A DNA stretch of 64,000 bases from Bacteroidales bacterium UBA4360 (GCA_002393945.1 DGSO01000020.1:38517-102516); one strand, 5' to 3'; shown: positions 37,240-48,429, counted from the stretch's first letter. Made by a program: numbers and translations. The notes: generated from the sequence alone by a model not told the origin.

Positions 37240-39612
37240 TCAGAAATTGAATCCAAGGGCGAAGTACGCACCTATCTTCTCAGAAAGCGAATTGTAGTGG
37301 AGAGTGAGCCTGACAGGGCCGATAATGGTATTGTATGCATACGAGATGCCGGCACCCCAGAGGAGTTCACCCTCCGAAATAGCTTTAAATGCATCGAAAT
37401 CGTAGCATACGTTGCCTGTCGCAGTCAGATAATGATTACTGCCAAGCCTGAGCCTAGTATCCATCCTGCCCACAGCCATGTTGTTTCTTCTGAAAGCGGC
37501 GTTGTTTATGCCGATGAAAGGAACCTGCTGGTCTATATACCTGCCGCGGAATTCGCTTCCTATGACATTTGCGTACGGTAGGGGTATGTTTTCTCCGATA
37601 ATGGACCTGCCATATACCTGAGGGATGAAAGCCAGTCTGCCAAGGGTCAGGGGCAGCTTCGCATCAAAGGACACGACGCCGAAATAGTTCTTCTCCGAGG
37701 AGAAAAGATCCGTAAGGACCTCTGCACCTATTCCTGCCGACATTCCCCTCTCAGGGAAATACCCGTTGTCCAGACTTTCTTTCCTTACCGATGCGAAGAG
37801 GCTCTGCCAGTCCCCTTCCATCGCCGCGGCGTCATATTGTCCGACTACGGTGTCCGCCACCAGCTTTGTAGTATTATGGTAGGAATTCCTGATACCCAGG
37901 CTGTATTCGTTGCGTCCCTCGAACTTGTTGGAGATATACAGTTCCTGGAACGTGTTCAGGAACGTAGTATTGAAATAATTGGTACCGAGTATGACCGATG
38001 TCCTGTCCGTCCAGCGCAACTGTCCCCTCAGATGCACTGACGGGAAATTGGGCGTCACATAGGATGCATGCACATCCAGATAAGGATTGGTGCCGATTTT
38101 TGCAGTGACGTCCAACGAAGGGCCGCCCAGCGCATTCGTATTCAGGCCGAAGTTCAACAAGGCCGACACTATCTCCTCCGTATCTATCCTCATGCCGATT
38201 CCGAAACGGTGCACAGGGCCCTTCTGGCAGTGAATCCTAAGCCGATAAGGTTCCTCCGTGCCAAGGAGTTCGTAATTGATAAAATCAAATACGCCGCTGC
38301 CGAAAACAGCCGCCACGTCATCGTCCAGAATCCTGGTATTCACCAGCGAGCTGTCCTTGATATAAAGCTGCCTCCGGATATAGTTTGCGTCCTTCTCCCT
38401 GAGTCCCGTTATCTCTACCCTGTCGATGAGAACCGGCTTCCGGGAGATGTCCCTTGCAGGTTTTCCATGAAGTTTCAAGCCCTCGCCGCCGATAATGCGC
38501 CTGAGCGAATCCAGCTGCGGAGCGCAGGCTTCCGCGGCATTGTAGCCCCTCAGGAGCATGAACTCCACGGCCGTATCGTCGAAGCTCATCATGTTGAACT
38601 CCTTAAGATCCGGCTTTATCGTCAGGTCCACCGATGCCATGCTCCTTTCGAAGGAATCCACAGAGTACATCCTTATGGCACCCTGGACGATGCTCATTAT
38701 GCTTTTTGCATTGCCACGGCTGGCTGCAGGTACATCCCGGAGCTCGATGCCGATAACGATATCGGCCCCAAGGTCCTTTGCAATGTCGGCAGGGAAATTG
38801 TTCCTCATGCCGCCGTCAACCAGCACCATGCCGCCGGTCTGAACCGGAGCGAAGAGGCCAGGGATGGACATCGTAGCCCTCAGGGCCATGTTGATGTTTC
38901 CGCTGTGCCAGACCTTGGCCTTTCCGGAGATAAGGTCTGTGGAGACGCATGCAAACGGAATGGGGAACTTGAAGAAATCCGTCGAGTCGGAATAGCCCAC
39001 TGTCCTCGAGGAAATGATATGATTGACATTCTCTCCATAAGCGACTCCGGTAGGGAGACTGGAGATAAGGTTGTCCAGAACCATGCTGGTGGCATCTTCA
39101 ATTGCAGTTGCGCTCGTGAACATGCCGTCCGTTATGTCTGAAATACTCTGTGAAAGGTCCTCGTGACGGTAATAGAAAGGGAAAGACAGGGCATACTTTT
39201 CCTTGTAGGCCTTGCGGTGATATGGAACGAACTGCGGGTCTACTTTGTCAGAAAGGGCCATCGACCAGTCTATCTCACGTATCAGTTCTTCCAGTTCCCC
39301 GGGGGTATAGCCGAGTGCGTAGAAACCGCCCAGAAGGCCTCCCACGCTGGTTCCAAGGACCATATCTATAGGGAAATTGTACTGCTCCATATACTTCAGT
39401 GCGCCCACGGTTGCCGCTCCCTTGGCGCCGCCTCCGGACAGGACCAGGGCAACGACGGGACGGTGCCGGCGGATGCTGTCTGAGCGGGCGCGCATGTATG
39501 CAACGGCTGCATCATCGGAGGGATCCAGGCCAAAGCCTGCCGATGAGAGTTCCTGGGCCACGGCGGCTGCGGCCGTAAATGACAGGAATATGGATAGCAG
39601 TATCTTTTTCAT
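37240..39612 (-). CDS. Patatin-like phospholipase with POTRA-like and beta-barrel domains (PlpD-like)
   Basis: GGGAKG, GTSVG, DGG; C-terminal ...YFALGFNF; signal peptide AVA-Q. Confidence 0.85.
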   Translation of the reverse strand: MKKILLSIFLSFTAAAAVAQELSSAGFGLDPSDDAAVAYMRARSDSIRRHRPVVALVLSGGGAKGAATVGALKYMEQYNFPIDMVLGTSVGGLLGGFYALGYTPGELEELIREIDWSMALSDKVDPQFVPYHRKAYKEKYALSFPFYYRHEDLSQSISDITDGMFTSATAIEDATSMVLDNLISSLPTGVAYGENVNHIISSRTVGYSDSTDFFKFPIPFACVSTDLISGKAKVWHSGNINMALRATMSIPGLFAPVQTGGMVLVDGGMRNNFPADIAKDLGADIVIGIELRDVPAASRGNAKSIMSIVQGAIRMYSVDSFERSMASVDLTIKPDLKEFNMMSFDDTAVEFMLLRGYNAAEACAPQLDSLRRIIGGEGLKLHGKPARDISRKPVLIDRVEITGLREKDANYIRRQLYIKDSSLVNTRILDDDVAAVFGSGVFDFINYELLGTEEPYRLRIHCQKGPVHRFGIGMRIDTEEIVSALLNFGLNTNALGGPSLDVTAKIGTNPYLDVHASYVTPNFPSVHLRGQLRWTDRTSVILGTNYFNTTFLNTFQELYISNKFEGRNEYSLGIRNSYHNTTKLVADTVVGQYDAAAMEGDWQSLFASVRKESLDNGYFPERGMSAGIGAEVLTDLFSSEKNYFGVVSFDAKLPLTLGRLAFIPQVYGRSIIGENIPLPYANVIGSEFRGRYIDQQVPFIGINNAAFRRNNMAVGRMDTRLRLGSNHYLTATGNVCYDFDAFKAISEGELLWGAGISYAYNTIIGPVRLTLHYNSLSEKIGAYFALGFNF

Positions 39613-40634
39613 TTCTCTTTGTGTTTTCCGGCAAGAAGGCCGCAGGCCGCATAGATATCCTCTCCCCTTGAGGCTCTTATCGTTGCCATTACCCCAAGAG
39701 CGTTGAGACGGTCACGGAAGGCGGTCATTTCGGCCTCGGAAGCCGGTGAATAAGGGAAATCGGGAATCTTATGGAAACGGATCAGATTCACCCTGCACTC
39801 AAGGCCGCGGAGCAGTTTCGACAGCTCCTTGGCATGGGCGGGAGTATCATTCCATCCCTTGAATACAGTATATTCGAAACTCACACGGCGCTGGCCGGTG
39901 AAATCATACTTGCGAATGAGGTCGAGTATCTCCCTCGTAGGGAAAGCTTTCTCCACAGGCATCATTTCCACCCTCTCTACCGGATAGGGATTGTGAAGGC
40001 TCACTGCCAGATGGCACTTGGACTGGTCCAGGAACTCCTTCAGGCGCGGAAGTACGCCGATGGTGCTCAGCGTGATGCGCTTCGGACTCCATGCAAAGCC
40101 CCATGGTGCCGTTAGTATTTCCAGCGTCTTCTTCACGTTCTCCCAGTTGTCAAGAGGCTCTCCCATGCCCATGAAAACGGTTCCGGTGAGCTCTTCGGCC
40201 TCATCTACGGCAAGAAACTGGGAGATGATATCGGCAACGGAAAGACTGCCGTGAAAGCCCTGGCGGCCTGTCATGCAGAATTTGCAGCCCATTTTGCAGC
40301 CGGCCTGGGAACTGACGCAAAGGGTTTTGCGGTCCCCGTCGGGAATCATCACGGCCTCCACCGCATTGGAAGGGTCGCCGTCTACCGGGAACAGGTATTT
40401 GCGGGTGCCGTCGGATGAAGTGCGCACATCGACAGGCATGGCGATTCCCACCTCATATTTCTCGGAGAGTTTCTCCCTTGCAGCCTTGGAAAGATTGGTC
40501 ATGGCATCCAGGGATGAAGCCCTTTTATGGTATATCCACTCCCCTATCTGCCTCCCGGCAAAAGCCGGCAGGCCTTCCGAAACGGCAATACTTACAAGCT
40601 CATCGGGAGTTTTCCCGCAAAGTCGAATTTTCAT
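39609..40634 (-). CDS. rlmN: 23S rRNA (A2503-C2) methyltransferase, radical SAM
   Basis: CxxxCxxC (GCKMGCKFC), MGMGEP, AACG. Confidence 0.96.
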   Translation of the reverse strand: MKIRLCGKTPDELVSIAVSEGLPAFAGRQIGEWIYHKRASSLDAMTNLSKAAREKLSEKYEVGIAMPVDVRTSSDGTRKYLFPVDGDPSNAVEAVMIPDGDRKTLCVSSQAGCKMGCKFCMTGRQGFHGSLSVADIISQFLAVDEAEELTGTVFMGMGEPLDNWENVKKTLEILTAPWGFAWSPKRITLSTIGVLPRLKEFLDQSKCHLAVSLHNPYPVERVEMMPVEKAFPTREILDLIRKYDFTGQRRVSFEYTVFKGWNDTPAHAKELSKLLRGLECRVNLIRFHKIPDFPYSPASEAEMTAFRDRLNALGVMATIRASRGEDIYAACGLLAGKHKEK

Positions 40635-40638
40635 GTTG

Positions 40639-40679
40639 CAAATTTACGATAATTCGGGAGATTTTCATATCTTTGTAAG
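40639..40679. promoter_or_regulatory. Divergent -7 elements (rlmN / recA)
   Basis: TAAATTTG on - (40646-40639), TATCTTTGTAAG on + (40668-40679). Confidence 0.65.
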
Positions 40680-40728
40680 TGCGGTTTTACAGGATGCCCG
40701 CAAATGAAGAACTATTAAAAGAACCAGT

Positions 40729-41748
40729 ATGGCAAAAGCACCAGAAGAAATCAATGCAGCCAAGCTCAAAGCACTGCAGGCTACCATTGACAAGATTGAG
40801 AAAGATTACGGGAAAGGCACCATCATGAAGCTGGGAGACCAGCCTGAATGGGATTCCTCACAGGTCATCCCCAGCGGTTCCATTTCACTGGACCACGCAC
40901 TCGGAATCGGCGGATATCCCAAAGGCCGCATCATCGAAATCTACGGACCGGAATCCTCCGGTAAGACCACCCTCGCAATCCATGCAATTGCAGAGGCCCA
41001 GAAGATGGGTGGCATCGCAGCTATCATCGACGCAGAACACGCCTTTGACCGCAGCTATGCAAAGGCCCTCGGAGTAGACCTCGACACCCTCCTCATCTCC
41101 CAGCCGGACAACGGCGAACAGGCCCTCGAAATTGCCGACAACCTCATCCGCAGCGGCGCCGTGGATATCATTGTCATCGACTCCGTGGCAGCCCTTACCC
41201 CCAAGGCCGAGATTGAAGGCGAAATGGGCGACAACAAGGTAGGCCTCCAGGCCCGCCTCATGAGCCAGGCCCTCCGCAAGCTCACGGCAAACATCTCGAA
41301 AACAAACACTTGCTGCATATTCATCAACCAGCTCAGGGAGAAAATCGGCATCATGTTCGGAAATCCCGAGACCACAACCGGCGGCAACGCCCTCAAGTTC
41401 TATGCTTCGGTGCGTCTGGACATCCGCCGCACCACCCAGATCAAGGACGGCGAGGACGCCCTCGGCAACCACGTAAAGGTGAAAGTTGTAAAGAACAAGA
41501 TGGCTCCGCCTTTCAAGAAGGCCGAATTCGACATCGTCTTCGGTGAAGGCATTTCCAGGAGCGGAGAAATCGTTGACCTCGGAGTTGAACTGGACATCAT
41601 CAAGAAGTCCGGCTCATGGTTCTCCTACAACGACACCAAACTGGCCCAAGGCCGCGAGGCTGTGAAGAAGCTCATGATCGACAATCCTGAGCTCGCCGAA
41701 GAAATCGAAGCCCGCATCCGCGAGGCCATGACTAAGGTTCAGGACTGA
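40729..41748 (+). CDS. recA: Recombinase A
   Basis: [34 protein letters not shown]. Confidence 0.98.
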   Translation: MAKAPEEINAAKLKALQATIDKIEKDYGKGTIMKLGDQPEWDSSQVIPSGSISLDHALGIGGYPKGRIIEIYGPESSGKTTLAIHAIAEAQKMGGIAAIIDAEHAFDRSYAKALGVDLDTLLISQPDNGEQALEIADNLIRSGAVDIIVIDSVAALTPKAEIEGEMGDNKVGLQARLMSQALRKLTANISKTNTCCIFINQLREKIGIMFGNPETTTGGNALKFYASVRLDIRRTTQIKDGEDALGNHVKVKVVKNKMAPPFKKAEFDIVFGEGISRSGEIVDLGVELDIIKKSGSWFSYNDTKLAQGREAVKKLMIDNPELAEEIEARIREAMTKVQD

Positions 41749-43646
41749 TGGTGAAAAGACACCTTTCCACATTTGCATCACTCGCATGGAACATCCTGCT
41801 GGTGATGCTTCTTTTTACCCTGTGCCGTCTCACATTCTTTGCCCTGAACAAGGGATTGTATCCTGAAGTGGGGGCGCCCGAGCTGCTCAGAATGTGCCTC
41901 GGAGGGCTGCGGTTTGATATATCGGCAATACTCTACACCAACTCCGTCCTGGTGCTTCTCTGGCTCCTTCCGCTTCCTGTCCGTGAGAAGGAGTGGTACA
42001 GGAAAACCCTGAAGATACTGTTCGTCGCGGCAAATTTCATCTGCCTGGCTGCAAATCTCGGGGATTCCGTCTATTTCCCTTATGTGAGTCACAGGACAAC
42101 TATGGGAGTGTTTCAGGAGTTCCAGGGAGACGGACAGGTATTCAAGATTCTCCTGAATGAAACTGTCAGCCACTGGTATCTTCTTCTCGAAGGGCTCCTC
42201 ATGCTGGCCGCGCTCATATGGCTTTATGCCGAGCCCGGAAAAGACAAAGCAAGATGGGTGGCAGCCGACTACATTCTCTCACTCGCCATCATCGCCGCCG
42301 TTCTCTATCCCTTTGTCGGAGGCCTCAGGGGCGGATTTGGTATCACGACGCGCCCCATTGCGCCTAATGACGCCAATCTCTATACCGACAAACCTCTCCA
42401 GACCGGTATAGTACTCAATACTCCGTTCTGCATGTACAGGACAATCGGAGAACAGCCTTATCCGGAGTTCAATTTCCTTGAAGACCCATCGGCAATATTT
42501 CCCACAAGGAAACACTATGCTTCCGAAGGCATGCGTAAAAAGAATGTAGTCATTCTCATTCTCGAGAGCTTTTCTGCCTCTTACAGCGAATATCTCACCG
42601 GTTTGCAGGGGCATCCGCAGCCGGGTTATATGCCGTTTCTGGATTCGCTCATGAAGGAATCCCTCATATTCCGCCACTCCTACGCCAACGGCCGCATCAG
42701 CATAGATGCCCTGCCGTCGGTCATGTGCTGCATACCTGCGATAACAGAACCGTTTTTCCTGAGCCTGTACAGCCAGAACATGATAAGTGGCATGGCGGCC
42801 GAACTGGGCAGGGAAGGCTATTCCAGCGCATTCTACCACGGTGCAAACCGTTCTTCACTTGCACTTGCAGGCTTTGCTCACCGCTGCGGTTTCCAAAGGG
42901 AATACTCCCGGGAAGACTATGCCGATGAGACCGACTTTGACGGCACGTGGGGAATCTGGGATGCCCCTTTCCTGCAGTACTTCAGGGAAGGTATCAGTAA
43001 TCTCCCGGAGCCTTTCCTTGCAACAGTCTTTACACTCAGTTCCCACAATCCGTTCGCTCTTCCGGAAGGCGTATCATACCCGGAGGGCTCTCTTCCCATA
43101 CACCGTGTAATCCGGTATTCCGACGATGCCCTCAAGGCGTTTTTCAGAGAAGCCCAGAAAGAGCCCTGGTTCAATAACACGCTGTTTGTAATCACGGGTG
43201 ACCATACAGGAGTGACAGACGTGGACGAATATAAGACCGACAACGGACGCTACCTTATTCCCATTCTCTTTTACACTCCGGACGGATCCCTGAAAGGACT
43301 GAGGGAAGGAACCGCCCAGCAGCTGGACATAAAGCCCACGGTATATGGCTACCTCGGTTATGACAAGCCGTTCATGAGCATGGGTGTCAATCTTCTTGAA
43401 ACGCCGGATGAAGAGACTTGTGCATTCTACTACAACGGGCTGTACGAGTTTGTCTCAAACGGATATCTCCTGACATTCAATGGAACCGGTTTCAGCGGCC
43501 TGTACCATTACACCACTGATCCTTTTCTGAATGAGAATCTGATATCTGTGGAAACGGAAGTGGCAGAAGATATGGAAATCCGTTTCAAGGCTCGCCTTCA
43601 GCAGCTTAACAGCCGCATGATCAACAATCAATTGACAGAAGACTGA
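41748..43646 (+). CDS. LTA synthase / sulfatase family membrane protein
   Basis: Five N-terminal TM helices; ILESF, TLSSHNPF, TGDH. Confidence 0.88.
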   Translation: MVKRHLSTFASLAWNILLVMLLFTLCRLTFFALNKGLYPEVGAPELLRMCLGGLRFDISAILYTNSVLVLLWLLPLPVREKEWYRKTLKILFVAANFICLAANLGDSVYFPYVSHRTTMGVFQEFQGDGQVFKILLNETVSHWYLLLEGLLMLAALIWLYAEPGKDKARWVAADYILSLAIIAAVLYPFVGGLRGGFGITTRPIAPNDANLYTDKPLQTGIVLNTPFCMYRTIGEQPYPEFNFLEDPSAIFPTRKHYASEGMRKKNVVILILESFSASYSEYLTGLQGHPQPGYMPFLDSLMKESLIFRHSYANGRISIDALPSVMCCIPAITEPFFLSLYSQNMISGMAAELGREGYSSAFYHGANRSSLALAGFAHRCGFQREYSREDYADETDFDGTWGIWDAPFLQYFREGISNLPEPFLATVFTLSSHNPFALPEGVSYPEGSLPIHRVIRYSDDALKAFFREAQKEPWFNNTLFVITGDHTGVTDVDEYKTDNGRYLIPILFYTPDGSLKGLREGTAQQLDIKPTVYGYLGYDKPFMSMGVNLLETPDEETCAFYYNGLYEFVSNGYLLTFNGTGFSGLYHYTTDPFLNENLISVETEVAEDMEIRFKARLQQLNSRMINNQLTED

Positions 43647-44542
43647 ATCCTGCATCCAGACAGTTTGCCGGCGTGTTCCTCAGAGAGTACGCCGGCTTTT
43701 CTGAGCCCTTCAACGGTACACTCCCCTGCCGGATGATGCTTCCTGTAGAGCACAATTCCGTGAGCTTCGCTTTTTGAGATATATGGATGCTTGGAGAGTT
43801 CCTCCTCCGGAAGGGACCACAGAGGATAAGGTTCCGGCCTGGAACAGATTATCAGGTCTTTGAGCCCGTCGTACTTCTCCCTGTCGAAATTCCGTATCTC
43901 CATCAGCTGTTCAGGCCTGGAAAAGCCTCCGAGGGCTTCCCTGTAAGAGACAATCCTGGAAGCGAACCACGGGCCGATTCCGGGAAGCTCGACAAGGGCG
44001 GCGCTGTCGGCCTTGTTGATATCTGTCCTCGGGATGTCGATGAACGGTTCGAGGCGGCTGAAGACTGAATCGGCAACGACGAAGGACCTGGCAAAATCTT
44101 CCGGTTTTCTGAAACGTCCGCCCTTTTTTCTGTAATTGTCGATGGCCTTCGCCTGCTTTTCAGAAAAGCCAAGGCGCTGAAGGTCAGTCACTGAAACGGT
44201 GTTTGGATCGAATCGGAAGGATTCCGCCTTACGGGGGACAATCCTGTCCCTTGCACTTGCCACGGATGCCTCCCTTGCAGATTCCCTGCGGATAACTACC
44301 GGGGAATCGTCCTTTACTTCCTCTGCTTCAGATTCCTCAAGGATACGCCTTGCGAGTGCGGCATCAACCACGTAGACCGTATCGGGACGGTCCCGGTCTG
44401 CCGCAAGTTTCAGTGAGGCAGCCCTGTGAATGAACAGGGCAACCTGATAGCCGATGATAAGGAAAACGAGCGCTATGGCTCCGACCGTGAAACTTCCTGA
44501 GAGCCCGCTATGAGTTTTCCCCTTCTTCCTCTCCTTCTCCAT
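43628..44542 (-). CDS. Helix-hairpin-helix DNA-binding protein (ComEA-like)
   Basis: N-terminal TM; FDPNT...LGFS, DINKAD...LPGIG HhH motifs. Confidence 0.82.
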   Translation of the reverse strand: MEKERKKGKTHSGLSGSFTVGAIALVFLIIGYQVALFIHRAASLKLAADRDRPDTVYVVDAALARRILEESEAEEVKDDSPVVIRRESAREASVASARDRIVPRKAESFRFDPNTVSVTDLQRLGFSEKQAKAIDNYRKKGGRFRKPEDFARSFVVADSVFSRLEPFIDIPRTDINKADSAALVELPGIGPWFASRIVSYREALGGFSRPEQLMEIRNFDREKYDGLKDLIICSRPEPYPLWSLPEEELSKHPYISKSEAHGIVLYRKHHPAGECTVEGLRKAGVLSEEHAGKLSGCRIQSSVN

Positions 44543-45242
44543 ATCTCTGCTTCTTTCGGGGTTTTGAAGGCTCTGCGCCTTCCACTACTATTACAATCTC
44601 GCCCTTGGGGGCATGTTCATCATACCATGCGGCCACCTCTTCCAAGGTACCGCGGCGGTGTTCTTCATGGACTTTCGAAATCTCCCTGGCTACGGAACAG
44701 CGCCTCGACGGGCCGAAGAACTCTGCCATCTGCTGCAGGGTCTTGACAAGGCGGAACGGCGATTCATAGAAAACCATGGTCCGTGTTTCGTGGGAAAGCT
44801 GCTCCAGAAGGGTCTGGCGACCCTTTTTCTGAGGGAGGAAGCCCTCAAACACAAAACGGTCGCAGGGAAGGCCGGAGGAAACGATGGCCGGGATACAGGC
44901 CGTGGGCCCGGGAAGCGTCTGGACCTCGATTCCTTCATCGGCACAGGCACGGGCAAGGAGGAAACCGGGGTCCGAGATGCCGGGGGTTCCGGCGTCTGAG
45001 ACGAGCGCTACCTTGAGCCCGGATGCTATCCTTTCCTTGACGGCCTGGACCTTTTCGTGTTCGTTATACTTGTGGTGGCTTTCCAGCCTGCCGTGAATGT
45101 CATAATGCTTGAGAAGCACCGACGTAGTACGGGTGTCCTCTGCAAGGATGAGATCCGCCTCCCTGAGGATGCGGATCGCCCTCAGGGTCATATCTTCAAG
45201 GTTTCCTACCGGAGTGGGAACTATGTACAGGATTCCTGGCAT
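44508..45242 (-). CDS. rsmI: 16S rRNA (C1402-2'-O) methyltransferase
   Basis: VPTPVGNLEDMT, AEDTR, SDAGTPGISDPG, YESP, REISK. Confidence 0.97.
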   Translation of the reverse strand: MPGILYIVPTPVGNLEDMTLRAIRILREADLILAEDTRTTSVLLKHYDIHGRLESHHKYNEHEKVQAVKERIASGLKVALVSDAGTPGISDPGFLLARACADEGIEVQTLPGPTACIPAIVSSGLPCDRFVFEGFLPQKKGRQTLLEQLSHETRTMVFYESPFRLVKTLQQMAEFFGPSRRCSVAREISKVHEEHRRGTLEEVAAWYDEHAPKGEIVIVVEGAEPSKPRKKQRYGEGEEEGENS

Positions 45243-45244
45243 GG

Positions 45245-45454
45245 TCAGTCAAAGAGAGAACCGGTAAAATTATCCTCGGGTTCCTGGGGTTCGGCAGTTA
45301 TGTCGAGACCGGTGAAATCCACTTCCTCATCCTCCTGCGCCTGAAGTTCGGCGGAATACTCCTTGAGTTTCTTCTCAAGGGCATAAATCTGTTTCTTCAA
45401 TCCGAAGAGTTCTTTTTCGAAATCTTTCAGTTTTTCTGCGTGCGTTTTGTCCAT
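45245..45454 (-). CDS. Small coiled-coil protein with an acidic tail
   Basis: 69 aa; abuts the rsmI start; heptad pattern followed by a D/E-rich tail. Confidence 0.65.
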   Translation of the reverse strand: MDKTHAEKLKDFEKELFGLKKQIYALEKKLKEYSAELQAQEDEEVDFTGLDITAEPQEPEDNFTGSLFD

Positions 45455-45495
45455 AAATGACTATCTTTGTCAAGTCAACATAACAAATTAAGGAA

Positions 45496-46071
45496 ATGTT
45501 TTTGGAAAATGCAAAAAAAGCAGGCTGCATTGAAGTAATTTGCGGCTCAATGTTCTCAGGAAAGACCGAAGAACTCATCAGAAGGCTCAAAAGGGCACAG
45601 TTTGCAAAGCAGAAGATAGCCACCTTCAAGCCCACCATCGACAAGAGATACTCAGACCTCGACGTAGTCTCGCACGATTCCCACAGCATTTCCTGTACTC
45701 CTATAAAGTCTCCCTCCCGCATGCTCCAGATTGAGCCTGACGTTCAGGTCGTGGGAATTGACGAGGCCCAGTTCTTCGACGACAGCATCGTCGACGTGTG
45801 CCAGGAACTCGCAAAGAGAGGCGTACGCGTTATCATCGCCGGCCTTGACACGGACTTTATGGGCAAGCCCTTCGGCCCCATGCCGGGTCTCATGGCAATC
45901 GCCGAGGACGTACAGAAGGTACACGCCATCTGCGTCCGCTGCGGTTCCCTTGCAAACCATTCACACCGCCTGTCAGACAGCAAGAAACTGGTAGTCCTCG
46001 GAGAGAAGGAGTCCTATGAGCCCCTATGCCGGGAGTGCTATTACAAGGCGATAGAAGAGGACAAGGCATGA
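45496..46071 (+). CDS. tdk: Thymidine kinase
   Basis: [20 protein letters not shown], CxxC...CxxC. Confidence 0.96.
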   Translation: MFLENAKKAGCIEVICGSMFSGKTEELIRRLKRAQFAKQKIATFKPTIDKRYSDLDVVSHDSHSISCTPIKSPSRMLQIEPDVQVVGIDEAQFFDDSIVDVCQELAKRGVRVIIAGLDTDFMGKPFGPMPGLMAIAEDVQKVHAICVRCGSLANHSHRLSDSKKLVVLGEKESYEPLCRECYYKAIEEDKA

Positions 46072-47273
46072 GTTTCAAGGAGTATATAAACGAACACATC
46101 AAACCCTATATCTACATCTATGGTGATGTGGATACCGTGAGTGCGGCAGAAAGGATCAAGTCCGGAATCTGGTTCAAAGGGCCTAACGCCTGGATTCTGG
46201 CCTTTGCCATCATTCTGGCCTCGGTGGGCCTGAATGTAAATTCCACGGCAGTTATCATCGGCGCCATGCTCGTTTCCCCGCTCATGGGGCCTATCATCGG
46301 CATGGGACTCGCCCTGGGGACGAACGACCTGGACCTTCTCAAATCGGCGGCGAAGAACCTCCTGGTGATGGTTGTGATTTCGCTGCTGGCATCGGCACTG
46401 TTCTTCCTTATCTCTCCCCTGTCACTTGTAAATCCCACGGAACTTGAAGCGAGGACGAGCCCTACCATATATGATGTGCTCATCGCCCTGTTCGGCGGCC
46501 TTGCAGGGATACTGGAGAACAGCCGCAAGGAAAGGGGCACCGTGCTTTCGGGTGTAGCCATTGCGACGGCCCTCATGCCGCCGCTGTGTACAGCAGGCTA
46601 CGGCCTTGCCAATCTGAATGCGCATTTCTTCTTCGGCGCCCTGTACCTTTTCATAATCAACAGCGTATTTATAGCCCTGGCCACTTATCTCATGGTGAAA
46701 TACCTGAGATTCAGGACGGTTACGGGCATAGACGAAAATACAGCCAAGAAACGCCGCAATTTCATAACGGCAGCCCTTGTAATAGTGCTTGTGCCAAGTA
46801 TCTGGTCGGCATTCAATCTCATAAGGGAGAACAATTTCGAAAGGAACCTGCGAAGCTTTGTAGAGGATAACCGCCTGGTGGGTCCCCGCAGCTACATATA
46901 CGAATACAATGTACGCGGCCGCCACGCGAACCTCTCGATCGCAGGAGAAAACCTTACCGACAGCCTCAGGCAGGAGTTTTTCAAATCGGCGGCGAAGTAT
47001 AAGATAAAGCAGTCGCAGATTACTCTGGCAGAGCATTCCATCGGCCTGTCCCAAAATGAGATGGACGCCATCATTGCCGAAATTTACGACAAGACGGACG
47101 CCGAACTCACGGAAAACCAGTCTATGATTGAGGCCATGCAGGCACGCATAGACGAGCTGTCATCCATGGTGGAAGAGCTCAGACAAAAAACTGACTCCCT
47201 CAGCGAGGAAGTCAGTCTGAATGAATATTTGGAGAGTCCTATTTCAGAACCCCAAGCTCCTTTCCAACCTTAA
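46068..47273 (+). CDS. DUF389 (TIGR00341-like) membrane protein
   Basis: [26 protein letters not shown]; ATG overlaps the tdk stop. Confidence 0.88.
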   Translation: MSFKEYINEHIKPYIYIYGDVDTVSAAERIKSGIWFKGPNAWILAFAIILASVGLNVNSTAVIIGAMLVSPLMGPIIGMGLALGTNDLDLLKSAAKNLLVMVVISLLASALFFLISPLSLVNPTELEARTSPTIYDVLIALFGGLAGILENSRKERGTVLSGVAIATALMPPLCTAGYGLANLNAHFFFGALYLFIINSVFIALATYLMVKYLRFRTVTGIDENTAKKRRNFITAALVIVLVPSIWSAFNLIRENNFERNLRSFVEDNRLVGPRSYIYEYNVRGRHANLSIAGENLTDSLRQEFFKSAAKYKIKQSQITLAEHSIGLSQNEMDAIIAEIYDKTDAELTENQSMIEAMQARIDELSSMVEELRQKTDSLSEEVSLNEYLESPISEPQAPFQP

Positions 47274-48429
47274 TAAAGGCTGCGATGGCCTTGTCAAGGT
47301 GAGACCTCTCGTGTGCGGCGGAAAGCTGCACGCGGATACGGGCCTGCCCCTGAGGAACTACGGGATAGTAGAAGCCGGTCACGAAAATACCTTCTTCAGC
47401 CATTCTGGCCGCGAATTTCTGGGAAAGAGGAGCATCATAGAGCATAACTGCACAGATGGCACTCTGGGTGGGCTTGATGTCAAAGCCCGCGGCCATCATC
47501 TTCTCACGGAAGTAAACCACGTTCTCCATTAGTTTGGTGTGGAGTTCGTCGGACTCTTCGAGGATGTTGAAGGTCTCGATTCCGGCGGCGGCGATCATCG
47601 GAGGAATGGAGTTGGAAAACAGATAAGGACGGGAGCGCTGACGGAGCATGTCGATAATCTCCTTGCGGCCGGTCGTGAAACCGCCCACGGCGCCTCCGAA
47701 GGCCTTTCCAAGGGTTCCTGTGAAGATGTCGATGCGGCCGTAGCAGTCAAACTTTTCTGCAACGCCATGACCGTGCTCGCCTACCACGCCGGCGCTGTGG
47801 CTTTCATCAACCATCACCAGGGCGTCGTATTTTTCGGCAAGGTCACAGATTTTGTCCATAGGGGCGACGTTGCCGTCCATTGAGAATACACCGTCGGTCA
47901 CGATGATGCGGAAACGGCATTTCTGCGCTTCCTGAAGCTTGGCTTCGAGGTCGGCCATGTCGGCATTGGCATAGCGGAAGCGCTGGGCCTTGCAAAGGCG
48001 GACGCCGTCAATGATGGATGCATGGTTCAGGGAATCCGAGATGATGGCGTCGTCTGCGGTGAAGAGGGGTTCGAATACGCCGCCGTTTGCATCGAAGCAG
48101 GCAGCGTAGAGGATGGTGTCCTCTGTATGGAAGAACTTGGATATCCTGGCCTCAAGTTCCTTGTGAAGGTCCTGGGTGCCGCAGATGAAGCGGACGGACG
48201 ACATGCCGTAGCCGCGGTCTTCCATAGCTTTCTTTGCCGCTACTGCAAGTCTGGGATTGTCGCTCAGTCCAAGATAGTTGTTGGCGCAGAAGTTAAGTGC
48301 CCTGGAGCCGTCCTGGAGGGTTATTTCGGCACTTTGGGGCGATGTAATTATACGTTCTTTCTTGTAAAGTCCTGCATTTTCAATACTATTAAGTTCCTGC
48401 TGCAGGTGCTGCTGAAATTTTCCGTACAT
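47239..48429 (-). CDS. kbl: Glycine C-acetyltransferase (2-amino-3-ketobutyrate CoA ligase)
   Basis: NFCANNYLGL, SVRFICGT, NHASIIDG, TDGVFSMDG, GTLGKA. Confidence 0.96.
   Translation of the reverse strand: MYGKFQQHLQQELNSIENAGLYKKERIITSPQSAEITLQDGSRALNFCANNYLGLSDNPRLAVAAKKAMEDRGYGMSSVRFICGTQDLHKELEARISKFFHTEDTILYAACFDANGGVFEPLFTADDAIISDSLNHASIIDGVRLCKAQRFRYANADMADLEAKLQEAQKCRFRIIVTDGVFSMDGNVAPMDKICDLAEKYDALVMVDESHSAGVVGEHGHGVAEKFDCYGRIDIFTGTLGKAFGGAVGGFTTGRKEIIDMLRQRSRPYLFSNSIPPMIAAAGIETFNILEESDELHTKLMENVVYFREKMMAAGFDIKPTQSAICAVMLYDAPLSQKFAARMAEEGIFVTGFYYPVVPQGQARIRVQLSAAHERSHLDKAIAAFIKVGKELGVLK

Noticed and set aside
40704-40718. Micro-ORF MKNY upstream of recA
   Set aside because: No supporting structure or codon signal; short ORFs arise readily in AT-rich leaders.
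40729-41748. Inteins in RecA or V-ATPase A
   Set aside because: Both proteins are normal length (339 and 580 aa) with contiguous motifs.
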